DNA from: Patescibacteria group bacterium
GTDB taxonomy: Bacteria; Patescibacteriota; Minisyncoccia; UBA6257; JAKLIH01
NCBI GenBank assembly: GCA_022709715.1
Contig: JAKLIH010000001.1
Span: 64,225-128,224 of the forward strand
Direction: 5' to 3'
DNA length: 64,000 nt
Shown here: positions 8,180-18,997 of the stretch, one piece after another
Numbering within the stretch: position 1 is the first letter of the stretch
Layout: each line of letters begins with the position of its first letter
Program-made: the position numbers and the translations under genes
The notes under the pieces: model-generated
The model's database searches: none
The model's input: only the letters and a program-made list of their open reading frames with translations
Told to the model about the DNA's origin: nothing

Positions 8180-8318
8180 GTCACCAATCGAAAACTACTG
8201 TTTTCGATTGGTGACACCCTCGATGATATAAAATATCATCGAGGGTGTTAAAATCCAAGCGATAACCATAAATGGTTATCGCCAATCAATCGCCTTGGCA
8301 ATAGCCAAGTCGATTGAT
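8180..8318. repeat. four back-to-back unrelated hairpins
   Basis: 8180-8215 (16-bp arms), 8216-8246 (14 bp), 8259-8282 (11 bp), 8285-8318 (nested, about 14 bp). Confidence 0.8.
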
Positions 8319-8323
8319 ATAAT
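8295..8323 (+). promoter_or_regulatory. candidate promoter reading into the palindrome element
   Basis: TTGGCA (8295-8300), 17 nt, TATAAT (8318-8323). Confidence 0.45.
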
Positions 8324-8333
8324 ATTTTGCACC

Positions 8334-8952
8334 ATGTCGCAAAATATTCAGAAACAAAAGTGCGTGACACTTTATACAATGTCGCAAAATAATGCGTGAC
8401 AAGTGAAAATGTCACGCGCGTGACACTTTGACTACGTTTTCCGACTTTTAATATAAAAATTATTGCGAAATGTCACACGCGTGACAATTCAAAAGCAATC
8501 TCAAAGGTCAAATATCAAAACTCAAAAGTATAAGTCAAAGATCAAAAATTTTAATACTCAGCAAAACATAAATGATTTCAAAGTGTCACGCCTACCTACT
8601 GTCAGGCAGGCGCGTGACATTTTGATTATTAAATCGAATTTATGGTTTAAACTAATAATAATTTAGTTTGCAGATCAAAAATACATCCTTATTTTATATA
8701 AATTGAAATTTTAATATTTGCGAATTGTCACGCGCGTGACAATTCGCAATTTTTTGTTTTTTAATTACTAATTATTATTTGCCAATTACTCTTTAGTTTT
8801 TACCCCTTCCTTCATAAAGGATGGGGATTTTTAAGATTTGATTTATATTTTTGATTTTTGATTTTTGATTTAGTTGTTGAATTGTCACGCGCGTGACAAT
8901 TCAAAACCGATGTCGCAAAATATTCAGAAACAAAAGTGCGTGACACTTTATA
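8334..8952. mobile_element. 533-bp non-coding element flanked by perfect 43-nt direct repeats
   Basis: DR 8334-8376 = 8910-8952. The interior carries five TGTCACGCGCGTGACA-type palindromes (8410-8425, 8471-8486, 8584-8619 split by a 20-nt insert, 8720-8747, 8877-8904) and inverted TCAAAA modules. Confidence 0.5.
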
Positions 8953-8992
8953 AAAAGACCGAATTAACTTTTATTAATCCGGTCTTATTTTT
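8952..8992. terminator. bidirectional terminator
   Basis: AAAAAGACCG...CGGTCTTATTTTT. Confidence 0.6.
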
Positions 8993-9020
8993 CATCTCTG
9001 CTTTTATGGTTTTACTAGAA

Positions 9021-9203
9021 TTAATTTTTCATCGTCGTCAATATAAACATATTGACGACGATGATAATAATTTCATCGGCGTGTTGCCCGTTTCCATAAT
9101 GCAACATACGACACTCAGTGCAAAACCACACTAAGTCATATTGATTGGCTCGATAGGGTGGTAATCTTTGACTGGATTTATATTTAGGATTTTTACAAAT
9201 CAT
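9021..9203 (-). CDS. hypothetical 60-aa protein (CxxxxxxC...CxxC N-half, hydrophobic C-terminus)
   Basis: SD AAGGAGGGG before ATG; TTGATG-17-TATAAT promoter upstream; terminator downstream; Trp is TGG. Confidence 0.6.
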   Translation of the reverse strand: MICKNPKYKSSQRLPPYRANQYDLVWFCTECRMLHYGNGQHADEIIIIVVNMFILTTMKN

Positions 9204-9327
9204 AAACCCCTCCTTAAAATAAATCTGCTGCTTACATTATAATATATAGAAGGTGACACATCAATATATTAAAATTATTAAATTTATGGTATACTCATGA
9301 TATTAGATTTAAAATAATTTTTAAATT

Positions 9328-10311
9328 ATGAAAAATAAAATTCCTAAAGTAATTGTAATCGGTGGTGGAACTGGTGCGTTTAATACATTGATGTCTTTAA
9401 AAAAATTCCCAATCGATTTAACAGCTATTGTTTCAATTGCTGATGATGGCGGATCATCAGGTGTGCTTCTTGAAGATTTTGGAATTTTACCACCTGGTGA
9501 TATAAGAAGAGCCTTGGTGGCAATGGCACCGGATTCGGCAAAACTTTTAACTAAACTTTTTAATTATCGTTTTGAAAATGGTTCAGGGTTGCGAGGCCAC
9601 AGTTTTGGTAATTTATTTTTAACCGCCCTAACTAGTATTACAAAAAATTTTAATAAAGCTGTGGATGATGCTGGAAAAATTTTAAACATTAAGGGTAGGG
9701 TGGTACCAGTATCACTGGATCAATGTCGATTGATTGCTAAACTCAAATCCGGTATTTTTATTTTTGGAGAAACCAATATTGACATTCCTAAAAATAAAGA
9801 AAAAAATATTTTTATTGAAAAAATATTTTTAAACACCAAAGTCAATGCCAATCCGGAAGCCATAAAAGAAATTAAAAAAGCCGATTATATTATTGTTGGC
9901 CCGGGAGATCTATACACAAGTATCGTGCCAAATTTTTTAGTGACTGGTATTAAAGAAGCCTTTCAAAAATCAAAAGCTAAAAAAATTTATATTTGTAATT
10001 TAGTAACTAAATTTTCAGAGACCAATGGTTTCACAGCAATTGATTTTTTAAAAACGTTAGAAAAATATATTTGTAAAAAATGTTTTGATTATATGGTCAT
10101 CAATGACTTTCAAAAAATTCCTAAAAGATTAATTAATGTTTATAAAAAGGAAAAAAAGTTGCCAGTCAAATTCAATAAAAGAGAATTTCAAAATAATAAA
10201 AAAATGAATATTGTGATTGATGACTTAACTAGAAAAAATATGTTATTGCGTCACGATCAAAAAAAACTGGGAGAAGCCATTTGAAAAATTATACAAGCTA
10301 ATAATGCTTAA
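9328..10311 (+). CDS. YvcK/CofD-family (UPF0052) protein
   Basis: GGGTG and IADDGGSSG motifs; one TGA read-through near the C-terminus; TGgTATACT promoter upstream. Confidence 0.8.
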
Positions 10312-10323
10312 TTTTGTTGACAC

Positions 10324-10352
10324 TTGACAAATAACAAAAATAGGTGTATAAT
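10324..10352 (+). promoter_or_regulatory. consensus promoter of the CAP-domain gene
   Basis: TTGACA-17-TATAAT. Confidence 0.65.
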
Positions 10353-10377
10353 ATTAATATAAGCTAAAATTAAATCT

Positions 10378-11460
10378 ATGAAAAAAATATTTAAAAAATA
10401 TTTTACATTTAATAAGCAAAATCATTTTCAACCGATCCAAACCAAAAATTTTATGATTGGTGTTTTTCTATTAATGATGATTTTTAATAGTAGCTATCAA
10501 TGATTGAACTGTTACTTACTTAGACAAAATAGTTTAACCGCTAATTTAAATACATTAAATATTATTACCGAAATTAATAAAATTCGTAGCGCTTATGGAT
10601 TATCCCCGTTGGCGGAAAATCCAAAACTCGATATAGCCGCTTTGCTTAAAGCTCAAGACATGATTGATAATGATTATTTCAATCACTATAGCCCAACTGG
10701 TAAAACACCTTGAGATTGGATCAATAGTGCTCAATATAATTATAAATATGCTGGTGAAAATTTAGCTCTTAATTTTTTTAATGATGAGGAAACCGTTCAA
10801 GCTTGACTTAATTCACCAACCCATAAAGAAAATATATTAAATCCTAATTATAAAGATACAGGTGTGGCCATTTTAAGTGGTGTGACACCGACTACTAAAG
10901 AGACTAGAACGGTAGTAGTGCAAATGTTTGGTACCGAAAAAATAGCAACTATTACACCAACCGCTAAACCAACTATCAAAACCACAACTACAACCGTTAA
11001 ACCAACAACGACTACTTTATTAAAAACTACGACCACTTCATTAGCCACAACTACTACTGAAGAGATAGTAATAAATCAAACACCATTATTAAATGCCACT
11101 ATTAAAGCCGACGGGGAAGTAACTGTAATAAAAGAAGAAACTATGACCGCTTTAAAAAATTTGACTCCAATTTTAAATAAACAATTAAGTGATACAAAAA
11201 ATTCACTAGCCTTAAACACCGAAGTAATTGGTGAAATGATTAATCCGAAATTAACCAAGGCCATAAACAATGGTTTGGGTTTGGGTCTTTTATTTTTAGG
11301 AATTTTTGGTATAATTAGTATAAATGCTCAAGACGATATTTCTAATATGTTTAAAAAAAGATTACTTGCTAAAAATGCATTAATATTAGTTATCGGCTTA
11401 GGATTTATTTTAAATAATTTGACGGCTTTAATTTTTAAGATTAAAGTGCCTACTATATAA
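10378..11460 (+). CDS. CAP/SCP (YkwD-like) domain protein with Thr-rich linker and C-terminal TM segment
   Basis: pieces 10378.., 10504.., 10864.. in one frame joined by TGA; GENLA...WLNSPTHKENIL motif. Confidence 0.8.
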
Positions 11461-11473
11461 TAAGCTAAAAATT

Positions 11474-12220
11474 ATGGATAAATTTTTAACTTTTTTAAAG
11501 AGATCTTTTATTATTTTTTCAGTGTGTTTTACAGTGTTGTTTATTTTATTTTCCATTAACGCCATATATGCGATTGTAAAATATAAAATTGCTCATTTGA
11601 AAGATAATATTTGATATAGTTTAAAACGACCAATTACTTTTGAGCTAACCACTAAACCAATCAATAGTTTAACTGATGTAGTAAATGATGCTTTAACTAA
11701 TGCTCAAAATGCTCTGGGAATTAACCAGCCAATTATTTTTAGAGAACCACTACCAGAATTACCAAGCGAAGCTTTAACTCAAGATTTATTAGTTTTGCCA
11801 AAATTTGATATTAAAGCCCCAATTTGAACGGTTACATCTGAAAACAAAAAAGAAATTTATGCTAATTTAAAAAAGGGGGTGGTAATTTACCCAACTACCA
11901 GTTTACCAGGTGGTGAATATTCAATCATATTGGGCCATAGCTCAAGATACCCATGAGAACCGGGAAAATATAAAGCGGTTTTTTCATTGTTAAATGAATT
12001 AACGGTCGGAGATCAAATTCATGTTTTTTGAAAACAAAAAGCTTTAGTTTACGAAGTGGTTGATAAAAGAATATTTTTACCTTATCCAAAAGGTGAAGAA
12101 TACACCGAAAATATTTTTCCACCCAATAGTGAAGAAAAAACTTTAATACTCCAAAGCTGTTGGCCGGTAGGAGTTGATTATAAACGCATTGCCGTTAAGA
12201 CCAAATTAATAAATTGATAA
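11474..12220 (+). CDS. sortase-family transpeptidase
   Basis: N-terminal TM; ILGHSS (His), LILQSCWP (Cys) and a conserved Arg; several in-frame TGA. Confidence 0.7.
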
Positions 12221-12228
12221 AAATTAAT

Positions 12229-12591
12229 ATGATTGACGAACATTGTATTTTTTGTAAAATTATTCAGGGAATTATTCCCAGCAAAAAATATTTCGAAAAT
12301 GATAAATTTTTAGCTTTTTTTGATATTAATCCAATTGCGACTAATCATGTGGTATTCATTGCTAAAAACCATTATGAAAATTTGAACGAAATGCCAGATG
12401 GGGAGTGACAACAATTTATGATAGAGGGACGAAATGTGGCCGAAAAATTAGTAAAAGAAATAAATGCCGACGGTTATAATTTGATGATTAACCAGGGTCG
12501 AGCCGCCGATTCACTTGTCAATCATCGTCCACACATGCATATTATTCCAAGATTTTTCAATGACAATATAAAAATTGACCCGCGAAATTAA
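12229..12591 (+). CDS. HIT-family (HinT-like) nucleotide hydrolase
   Basis: CIFCKI N-terminus and HxHxHII motif (HRPHMHIIPR); one TGA. Confidence 0.8.
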
Positions 12592-12625
12592 AAGAAACCA
12601 ATCGTTTTAAAGCGATTGGTTTTTT

Positions 12626-13240
12626 AATCCCGCTTAACTGTTTTAAAACAGTTAAGCTCCACACCAACCAAAGGTTGGTGTGGGGACATGTTTTTTATCT
12701 TTAATTTTTGAGTTTCTTTAGGGGGCTAGCCCCTGCCTACCGGCAGGCAGGCCCACACCAACTTTCATTAAGCTTCAAGAGATTTCTTTATACAATGTAG
12801 GATACTAAATTAACCTTTGTTTATATTCTTTAAAAGTTGTGGTCTTTAATTTTTGAGATTTGATTTATATTTTTGACCCCGCTTCGCCTGCCTACCGGCA
12901 GGCAGGCTCCACACCAAGTTTGCACTAGTCATTTTGATATTAATACTAAGCAATACTAATCATTTAAAATACTAATTCATCAGCAAACTTGGTGTGGGGG
13001 CATGCTTTTGAGATTTGAGTTTTGAGATTTTTTAGTGGAGGTGAAAGTGGGCCCCCACACCAAGTCTTGTTTATATTTTTAACCCAACACCACTTTTAAA
13101 AGTGGTGTTGGGTTAAAAATTGGTAGAAGTTTTACGATATATAAAAAGCACCTCTCTCAAGATGCTATATAATTATTGCGAGTATCGTTTATAAATCTTT
13201 CGCTTCTTTCGAAGCTTAACAAGACTTGGTGTGGGGGTGA
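12626..13240. repeat. intergenic block of nested palindromes and A-tract modules
   Basis: 26-nt perfect palindrome 12632-12657; CCACACC.../...GGTGTGG hairpins; GCCTGCC-TACC-GGCAGGC hairpins; 130-nt element 12877-13000; 186-nt hairpin 13052-13237 with nested inner hairpins. Confidence 0.85.
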
Positions 13241-13243
13241 AGG

Positions 13244-13315
13244 TGGACGTGGGAGGGATCGAACCTCCGACCTCTGTCTTATCAGGACAGCGTTCTACCA
13301 CTGAACTACACGTCC
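13244..13315 (-). tRNA. tRNA-Ile (anticodon GAT)
   Basis: cloverleaf GGACGTG...CACGTCC-A; anticodon loop CTGATAA. Confidence 0.9.
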
Positions 13316-13369
13316 AAAATCATTCGATGAAATATTAACATATTTATTGTTGAATGTCTAGATATTGGC

Positions 13370-13585
13370 TTATTTAATCGGCATTTTAGTAGTTAATTCT
13401 TTAAATTGATCAATATTAAAATTTTTGCTTTGGCGAGTGGTAGTATTATGATCAACTAAAACTTTCTCAATATTATTAGCTATAAACATAATACGATGAG
13501 CAATTAAAAATATAAAAATTATTAGCAAAACTAAAGAAATTAATAAAAATATATTGATTTTTGAATTTTTGTTAATTTTGGGCAT
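13370..13585 (-). CDS. hypothetical small membrane protein (71 aa)
   Basis: ORF with one TM segment; overlaps the upstream gene by 14 nt. Confidence 0.5.
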   Translation of the reverse strand: MPKINKNSKINIFLLISLVLLIIFIFLIAHRIMFIANNIEKVLVDHNTTTRQSKNFNIDQFKELTTKMPIK

Positions 13586-14291
13586 GATTATCAGTTTTTA
13601 TATTGTCCTTTAAATAAATTTTACCTATAACGCTAACTTTGAAAACATCGGTTGGCTTAGTAGTAGTAGTGCGACGAATGGTAGTTTTGGTAGTAGAGCT
13701 ACTAGTATCAGTTGTGACTGTAGTCATATCGTTTAAAATTCTTTCAGTGCTTTTGGGTATATTTTTTTCAATAGTAATTTGATCAAAAGTAATAAAAATA
13801 TTTAGATTATTAATAGCTTGAAAAGTTTTGATGATGTTATCAAATGATCCGTTCATAGATAAAACAAAACCATAGCTAATTTGTTCTTGTTCTTTAGCGG
13901 GGTTAAGAGTCAAAATATTAAGTAATGGATCAACTTTATATTTAAGACCAATATCTACAATTTGTTTTTTAACGTTGGGCATATCGTCTAAGTCCACTAG
14001 CTTGGCTTCATATTTTTTGAAATTATCCATAACCAATTTGCTATCTTTTTCCAGTTTAGTGATATATTCCATCAAAACGTTGGCGTTGGTTTGTTTAGCT
14101 TTATAAGAAGAGATTACATCGCTAGCAATTTCTATTTTACTACTCATTTGAGAAATAAAAACATAAAAAGCTATTAAAAGAATTAAATTAATCAAAACGT
14201 AAATGATTATTTTTTTCTGAAAAGAGGTTAATGGTTTTAAACCAAATGGCATCGGTTTTTTAGTGGGTGAGTTAGGAGTCATTGGCATCAT
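13572..14291 (-). CDS. hypothetical membrane-anchored protein (239 aa)
   Basis: N-terminal TM, coiled-coil-like middle, Thr-rich tail; faintly PilO-like, not supported further. Confidence 0.55.
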   Translation of the reverse strand: MMPMTPNSPTKKPMPFGLKPLTSFQKKIIIYVLINLILLIAFYVFISQMSSKIEIASDVISSYKAKQTNANVLMEYITKLEKDSKLVMDNFKKYEAKLVDLDDMPNVKKQIVDIGLKYKVDPLLNILTLNPAKEQEQISYGFVLSMNGSFDNIIKTFQAINNLNIFITFDQITIEKNIPKSTERILNDMTTVTTDTSSSTTKTTIRRTTTTKPTDVFKVSVIGKIYLKDNIKTDNHAQN

Positions 14292-14336
14292 GAATAAATA
14301 CTAAATAATTAATTAATTAAACTATAACAAATTTTT

Positions 14337-15419
14337 ATGGAAAATACAATGACAGAAGGCAAATTTTTTAATGCCTTGAGAATAATTATGAAAGACAGTT
14401 TCGATAAACTGTGGCCAGTAATGACTGAATATCAAACTTTTCAAAATGTTTATGAAAATCTGAGAACAATATTGAGCCAACAAAAAATAAACATTAATAA
14501 CAGCATTAATTCTTTAGATATAGACAAGGAATTTGAAATATTAATTAAAAATCAAGTCAAAATTGTAACTTATAATGACATAAACTATCCGTCGCAATTA
14601 AAGCAAATTTATCGACCACCATTGGGTTTATACGTAAAAGGGGATTTGAGTGTTTTCAATAATGAAAAGAATTTGGCGATTATTGGCTCACGTAAAGCTA
14701 CTAGTTATGGCAAAATGGTAGTTGAAAAACTGGTAAAAGAATTGGCGATTTATAATATCCAAATAATTAGTGGGCTGGCGGTGGGTATTGATACTTGTGC
14801 TCACGTTTGGGCTGTAGATCAAAATTTAAAAACTTTGGCGGTTATTGGTTCAGGCTTTAATCGTTTGTTCCCAAGTGTTAATAATTCTTTGGCACTAAAA
14901 ATTGTTGAACAAGGTGGAGCTATAGTTAGCGAATATCCTATAAATTTTGAACCCCAAAAATATTATTTTGTAGCTAGAAATCGAATCATTAGTGGTTTAT
15001 CTAAAGCGGTGTTAATTATTGAAGCTCAACAAAAAAGCGGAACATTAATTACGGCTAAATTTGCGGAAGAACAAAATCGAGATATTTTAGCTGTTCCTAA
15101 TAATATTTTTTCGCAAAATAGTTTTGGCACTAATCAATTAATAAAAGAAGGCGCCAAGTTGATCATGACGGGAGATGATATAATAGAAGAGATGGGTATA
15201 GATAAAAAAATAGCAACAAAAAATCTTTTTACATTAAATTTAAATGTAAATCAAAAATTAATTTTACAATTGTTTGATCGTTTTTCCGAATTATCGATTG
15301 ATAATATTTGTGAAAATACAAATTTAAATGTTTCGCAAGTTTTGAACGAATTGACTATTTTAGAGTTAAACGGTATAATAAAACCAACTAAAAATAATCA
15401 ATACATTAAAATTATTTAG
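14337..15419 (+). CDS. dprA: DNA processing protein DprA/Smf
   Basis: GSRKATSYG and Rossmann-like DprA core; conserved dprA-topA adjacency. Confidence 0.9.
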   Translation: MENTMTEGKFFNALRIIMKDSFDKLWPVMTEYQTFQNVYENLRTILSQQKININNSINSLDIDKEFEILIKNQVKIVTYNDINYPSQLKQIYRPPLGLYVKGDLSVFNNEKNLAIIGSRKATSYGKMVVEKLVKELAIYNIQIISGLAVGIDTCAHVWAVDQNLKTLAVIGSGFNRLFPSVNNSLALKIVEQGGAIVSEYPINFEPQKYYFVARNRIISGLSKAVLIIEAQQKSGTLITAKFAEEQNRDILAVPNNIFSQNSFGTNQLIKEGAKLIMTGDDIIEEMGIDKKIATKNLFTLNLNVNQKLILQLFDRFSELSIDNICENTNLNVSQVLNELTILELNGIIKPTKNNQYIKII

Positions 15420-15421
15420 TC

Positions 15422-17503
15422 ATGAAAACATTAGTGATTGTGGAAAGTCCAGCTAAAGCTAAAACAATTAATTCTTTTCTCGATAGCAAAAAATACAAAG
15501 TTATTGCTTCCATGGGGCATATTAGAAATTTACCTAAATCAACACTAGGTATTGACGTTGAAAAAGATTTTGAACCAAAATATATTGTGCCTAAAGATAA
15601 AATTAAATTTGTTAATGCTTTAAAAAAAGAAATAAAAGATTACGACAAAATTATTTTGGCATCAGATGAAGATCGAGAAGGTGAAGCCATTTCTTGGCAC
15701 TTAAAAGAGGCATTAAATATTGCTGATGATAAATATCAACGAATTGCTTTTCACGAAATTACACCGGAAGCTATAAACGAAGCTTTGAACAATCCTCGAG
15801 AGATTGATATGGATATGGTTTTGAGCCAACAAGCTCGTAGAATATTAGATAGATTGGTTGGCTATAAACTATCGCCATTCTTATGAAAAAAGATATTTAA
15901 AGGACTGTCCGCGGGTCGAGTTCAAACTCCAGCTTTACGTTTAATTGTGGAAAGAGAAAGAGAAATTGAAAAATTTAAATCCGAAGAATATTGAACAATT
16001 GATGCTCAATTTAAAAAAGATAAAAAAAGTTATATTGGTAATTTATTTAAAATTAATGATGAAGTTTTAGATAAATTTTATTTTAAAGATAGTAAAAAAG
16101 CCGAAGCCATAAAAACTAAATTAGAAAAACAAGATGTAAGTATAGATGAAATTAAAAAATCTTCAACCCTTAAAAAACCTTATCCACCATTTACAACCAG
16201 CACTCTTCAACAATCCGCTTATCAGGTTTATCGTTTTTCAGCCAAAAAAACTATGATGGTGGCTCAAAAATTATATGAAGGTATAAATATCGGTAAAAAA
16301 CAAATTGGTTTAATTACTTATATGAGAACTGATTCGTTAAATCTATCAATGGGATCAATTATGAATGCTCGAGATTTTATTCAAAAAAGTTTTGGCGAAA
16401 AATATATACCTAGCAAATTTAATATTTATAAAGCTAAATCGAAATTAGCTCAAGAAGCTCATGAGGCTATTAGAGTTACTGATGTTAATCGCACACCGGA
16501 AGATTTAAAAGAATTTTTAAGTAATGATGAATATAAATTGTATGATTTAATTTGAAAACGATTTGTGGCTTGCCAAATGGCAAACGCTATTATTGAAAAA
16601 GAAAGTATGATTACCAGTTGTAAGAATACTGATAATTATTATTTTAAAACTGATTTACAAATTATAAAATTTGATGGCTTTTTAAAAATTATGCCAATTT
16701 TAGATGCCGATCAAAGCTTGAGTTTAAAAGAAAACGATAAAGCGGAAATTGATGAAATAATACCTAAGCAACATTTTACTGAACCGCCAGCTAGATACAA
16801 CGATGCATCTTTAATAAAAACATTGGAAAAATATGGCATTGGTAGACCTTCAACCTATGCTTTAATTGTATCAATATTAATTGAACGAGGTTATGTTAAT
16901 TATAATGATGGTCATGCTTTTGTGCCAACCGATATTGGTTTAAAAACCAATGATATGTTAGTCGATAATTTTCAAGAGATAGCTGACTTTGAACTAACCA
17001 AAAAAATCGAAGATCAACTGGATGAAATTGCTGAAGAAAAAGTCAAATGAACAAAAGTGTTGGCTAATTTTTATGAACCATTTGATAAAAATTTACAGGA
17101 AAAATATGAAAAAATCACTAAACTGGATTTGACTAATAATGAAACGACCAATGAAGTATGTCCAGAATGTGGTGCAACTCTTGTAATTAAAATGAGCCGT
17201 TTTGGCAAATTTATGGCTTGTCCTAATTTTCCAAAATGTCGTTTTACTAAATCGATTAATGAATTAAATATTCCTTGTCCAAAATGTAAAACCGGTAATA
17301 TCGTTAGAAAGAGAACCAAACGAGGTAAGAGCGTTTATGGTTGTGATCAATATCCAAAATGTGATTTTATTGTTAACCAAAAGCCACTAAAAGATAAATG
17401 TCCAAAGTGCGGTTATCCATTAATCAATAAAAATAAAAAAATAAAAAAGTGTTCTAATAAAAATTGCGATTATGATACCAGCTCTGCAACCGATATACAA
17501 TAA
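15422..17503 (+). CDS. topA: DNA topoisomerase I
   Basis: five ORF pieces in one frame joined by TGA; TOPRIM N-terminus, [11 protein letters not shown]-terminal Cys4 zinc ribbons. Confidence 0.95.
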
Positions 17504-18932
17504 TTTAAAAGGCATTTATAATAATCAAGAATTCAAAATTGTTGAGGAAGCTTTTTTATTTGCCGAGTTTAAGCACCAGGGTCAAAAAAGAAAAAGCGGG
17601 GAAGATTATGTGCTTCATCCATTAAGAGTGGCTATCGAAGTTTCAAAATTAAAACTTGATGTAAATTCATTGGTATCGGCATTACTGCACGATATATTAG
17701 AGGATACAGACACAACTAGCGAAGAATTAAAAAATAAATTTGGTGAAGAAGTAATGTTTTTAGTGGAAAGTTTAAGCCATTTAACTCGATTAAAGCGTAA
17801 AGCTAATTATAAAAACAAAACAATTTATCGCGTAGAAAATTTAAGAAATTTGATTTTATCATCGGCTAAAGATGTGCGAGTGATTTTGATAAAAATTATT
17901 GATCGATTGGACAATATGAAAGCGATCTGAGCTTTGTCTCCCGAAAAACAAGTGGAAAATGCAGAAGAAACTTTAGAAATTTTTGCCCCTATTTGTCGTC
18001 GCCTTGGTTTTAATTTTCTTGGCCAACAATTAGAAGAAATGTCATTTCCATATGTATATCCCAAAGATTTTGCCGAAATAAAAAACCGAGTGAGTAATTA
18101 TTATTATGAAATTGAAAAATATTTAGATGAAGCTAGAGATGAATTGGCAAAATTTTTAGAGCAAAAAAGATTACACTACTCAGAAATACAATTTCGCAAG
18201 AAAACTTTTTTTAGCATTTATAAAAAATACAAAAAAGAAGGTGATTTCAATAAAATATATGACATGATCGCTTTACGCGTGATTGTTAATAGTGTGCCTG
18301 AATGTTACACGGCGTTAGGCCTAGTGCATCAGTTGTGGTTGCCACTACCCGGTAGATTAAAGGATTATATATCACTACCAAAAGTCAATGGTTATCAAGC
18401 TATTCACACAACTGTTTTAACCAATAACAATCAAATTGTGGAGGTGCAAATTGTTACTAAAGATATGTATCAAAATAATGAATATGGCATGGCGTCACAT
18501 TGGCTATACAATTTGAGCAAAGATACAAAATCGTATACGAAAAGACAAAATGTTAGTGGTTTAAAAATTTTATATAAAAGTTTAAAAAACATTGATTTTC
18601 AAAATACAAACTCAAGCGATTTATACAATTTGTTGGTAAAAGATTTATTATCTGAGCAAATATTTGTGGTTACGCCCAAAGGCGATGTAATTGACCTAAA
18701 AGTTGGGTCCACACCAATTGATTTTGCTTATAAAATTCATACTAGCATTGGTAATAATTGCAAAATGGCAAAAGTTAATCATCAGCTAGTATCTTTAAAC
18801 CACATTCTCCAATCGAGTGATATTGTAGAAATTATTACTGATCGTAAACAAAAACCAAATAAAAAATGACTAGAATTTGCTAAAATGGCTGAAACCAAAG
18901 AAAAAATAAGAAAGGAATTACAGAAAAAATAG
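17472..18932 (+). CDS. rel: RelA/SpoT-family (p)ppGpp synthetase/hydrolase, short form (HD + synthetase + TGS)
   Basis: HD motif LLHDILEDT, synthetase core, TGS domain; two TGA; overlaps the topA end by 32 nt. Confidence 0.9.
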
Positions 18933-18997
18933 ATTTGACAAAACTTTAAAATCGTGTATAATATATGTAATTAATAAAAACATAAATAACAAACATT

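Noticed and set aside
8463-9134. ORFs 8463-8666 and 8874-9134
   Set aside because: They run through palindromes and a bidirectional terminator and have no SD. The latter is antisense to a better-supported ORF.
8100-9327. Chromosomal replication origin at the strand-switch gap
   Set aside because: There is no dnaA and no cluster of TTATCCACA boxes here. The two perfect 9-mers (379-387, 3711-3719) are parts of duplicated promoters elsewhere. Gene orientation switches again at 23 kb, 31.6 kb, 54.7 kb and 57.5 kb.
12626-13240. CRISPR array in the hairpin-rich intergenic blocks
   Set aside because: There is no constant-length direct repeat alternating with unique spacers. The repeats are inverted, nested and of variable length, and no cas genes are present.
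17472-17503. 32-nt overlap of topA and rel as a programmed recoding site
   Set aside because: It is an ordinary out-of-frame gene overlap. A later rel start is also possible, and no slippery sequence is evident.
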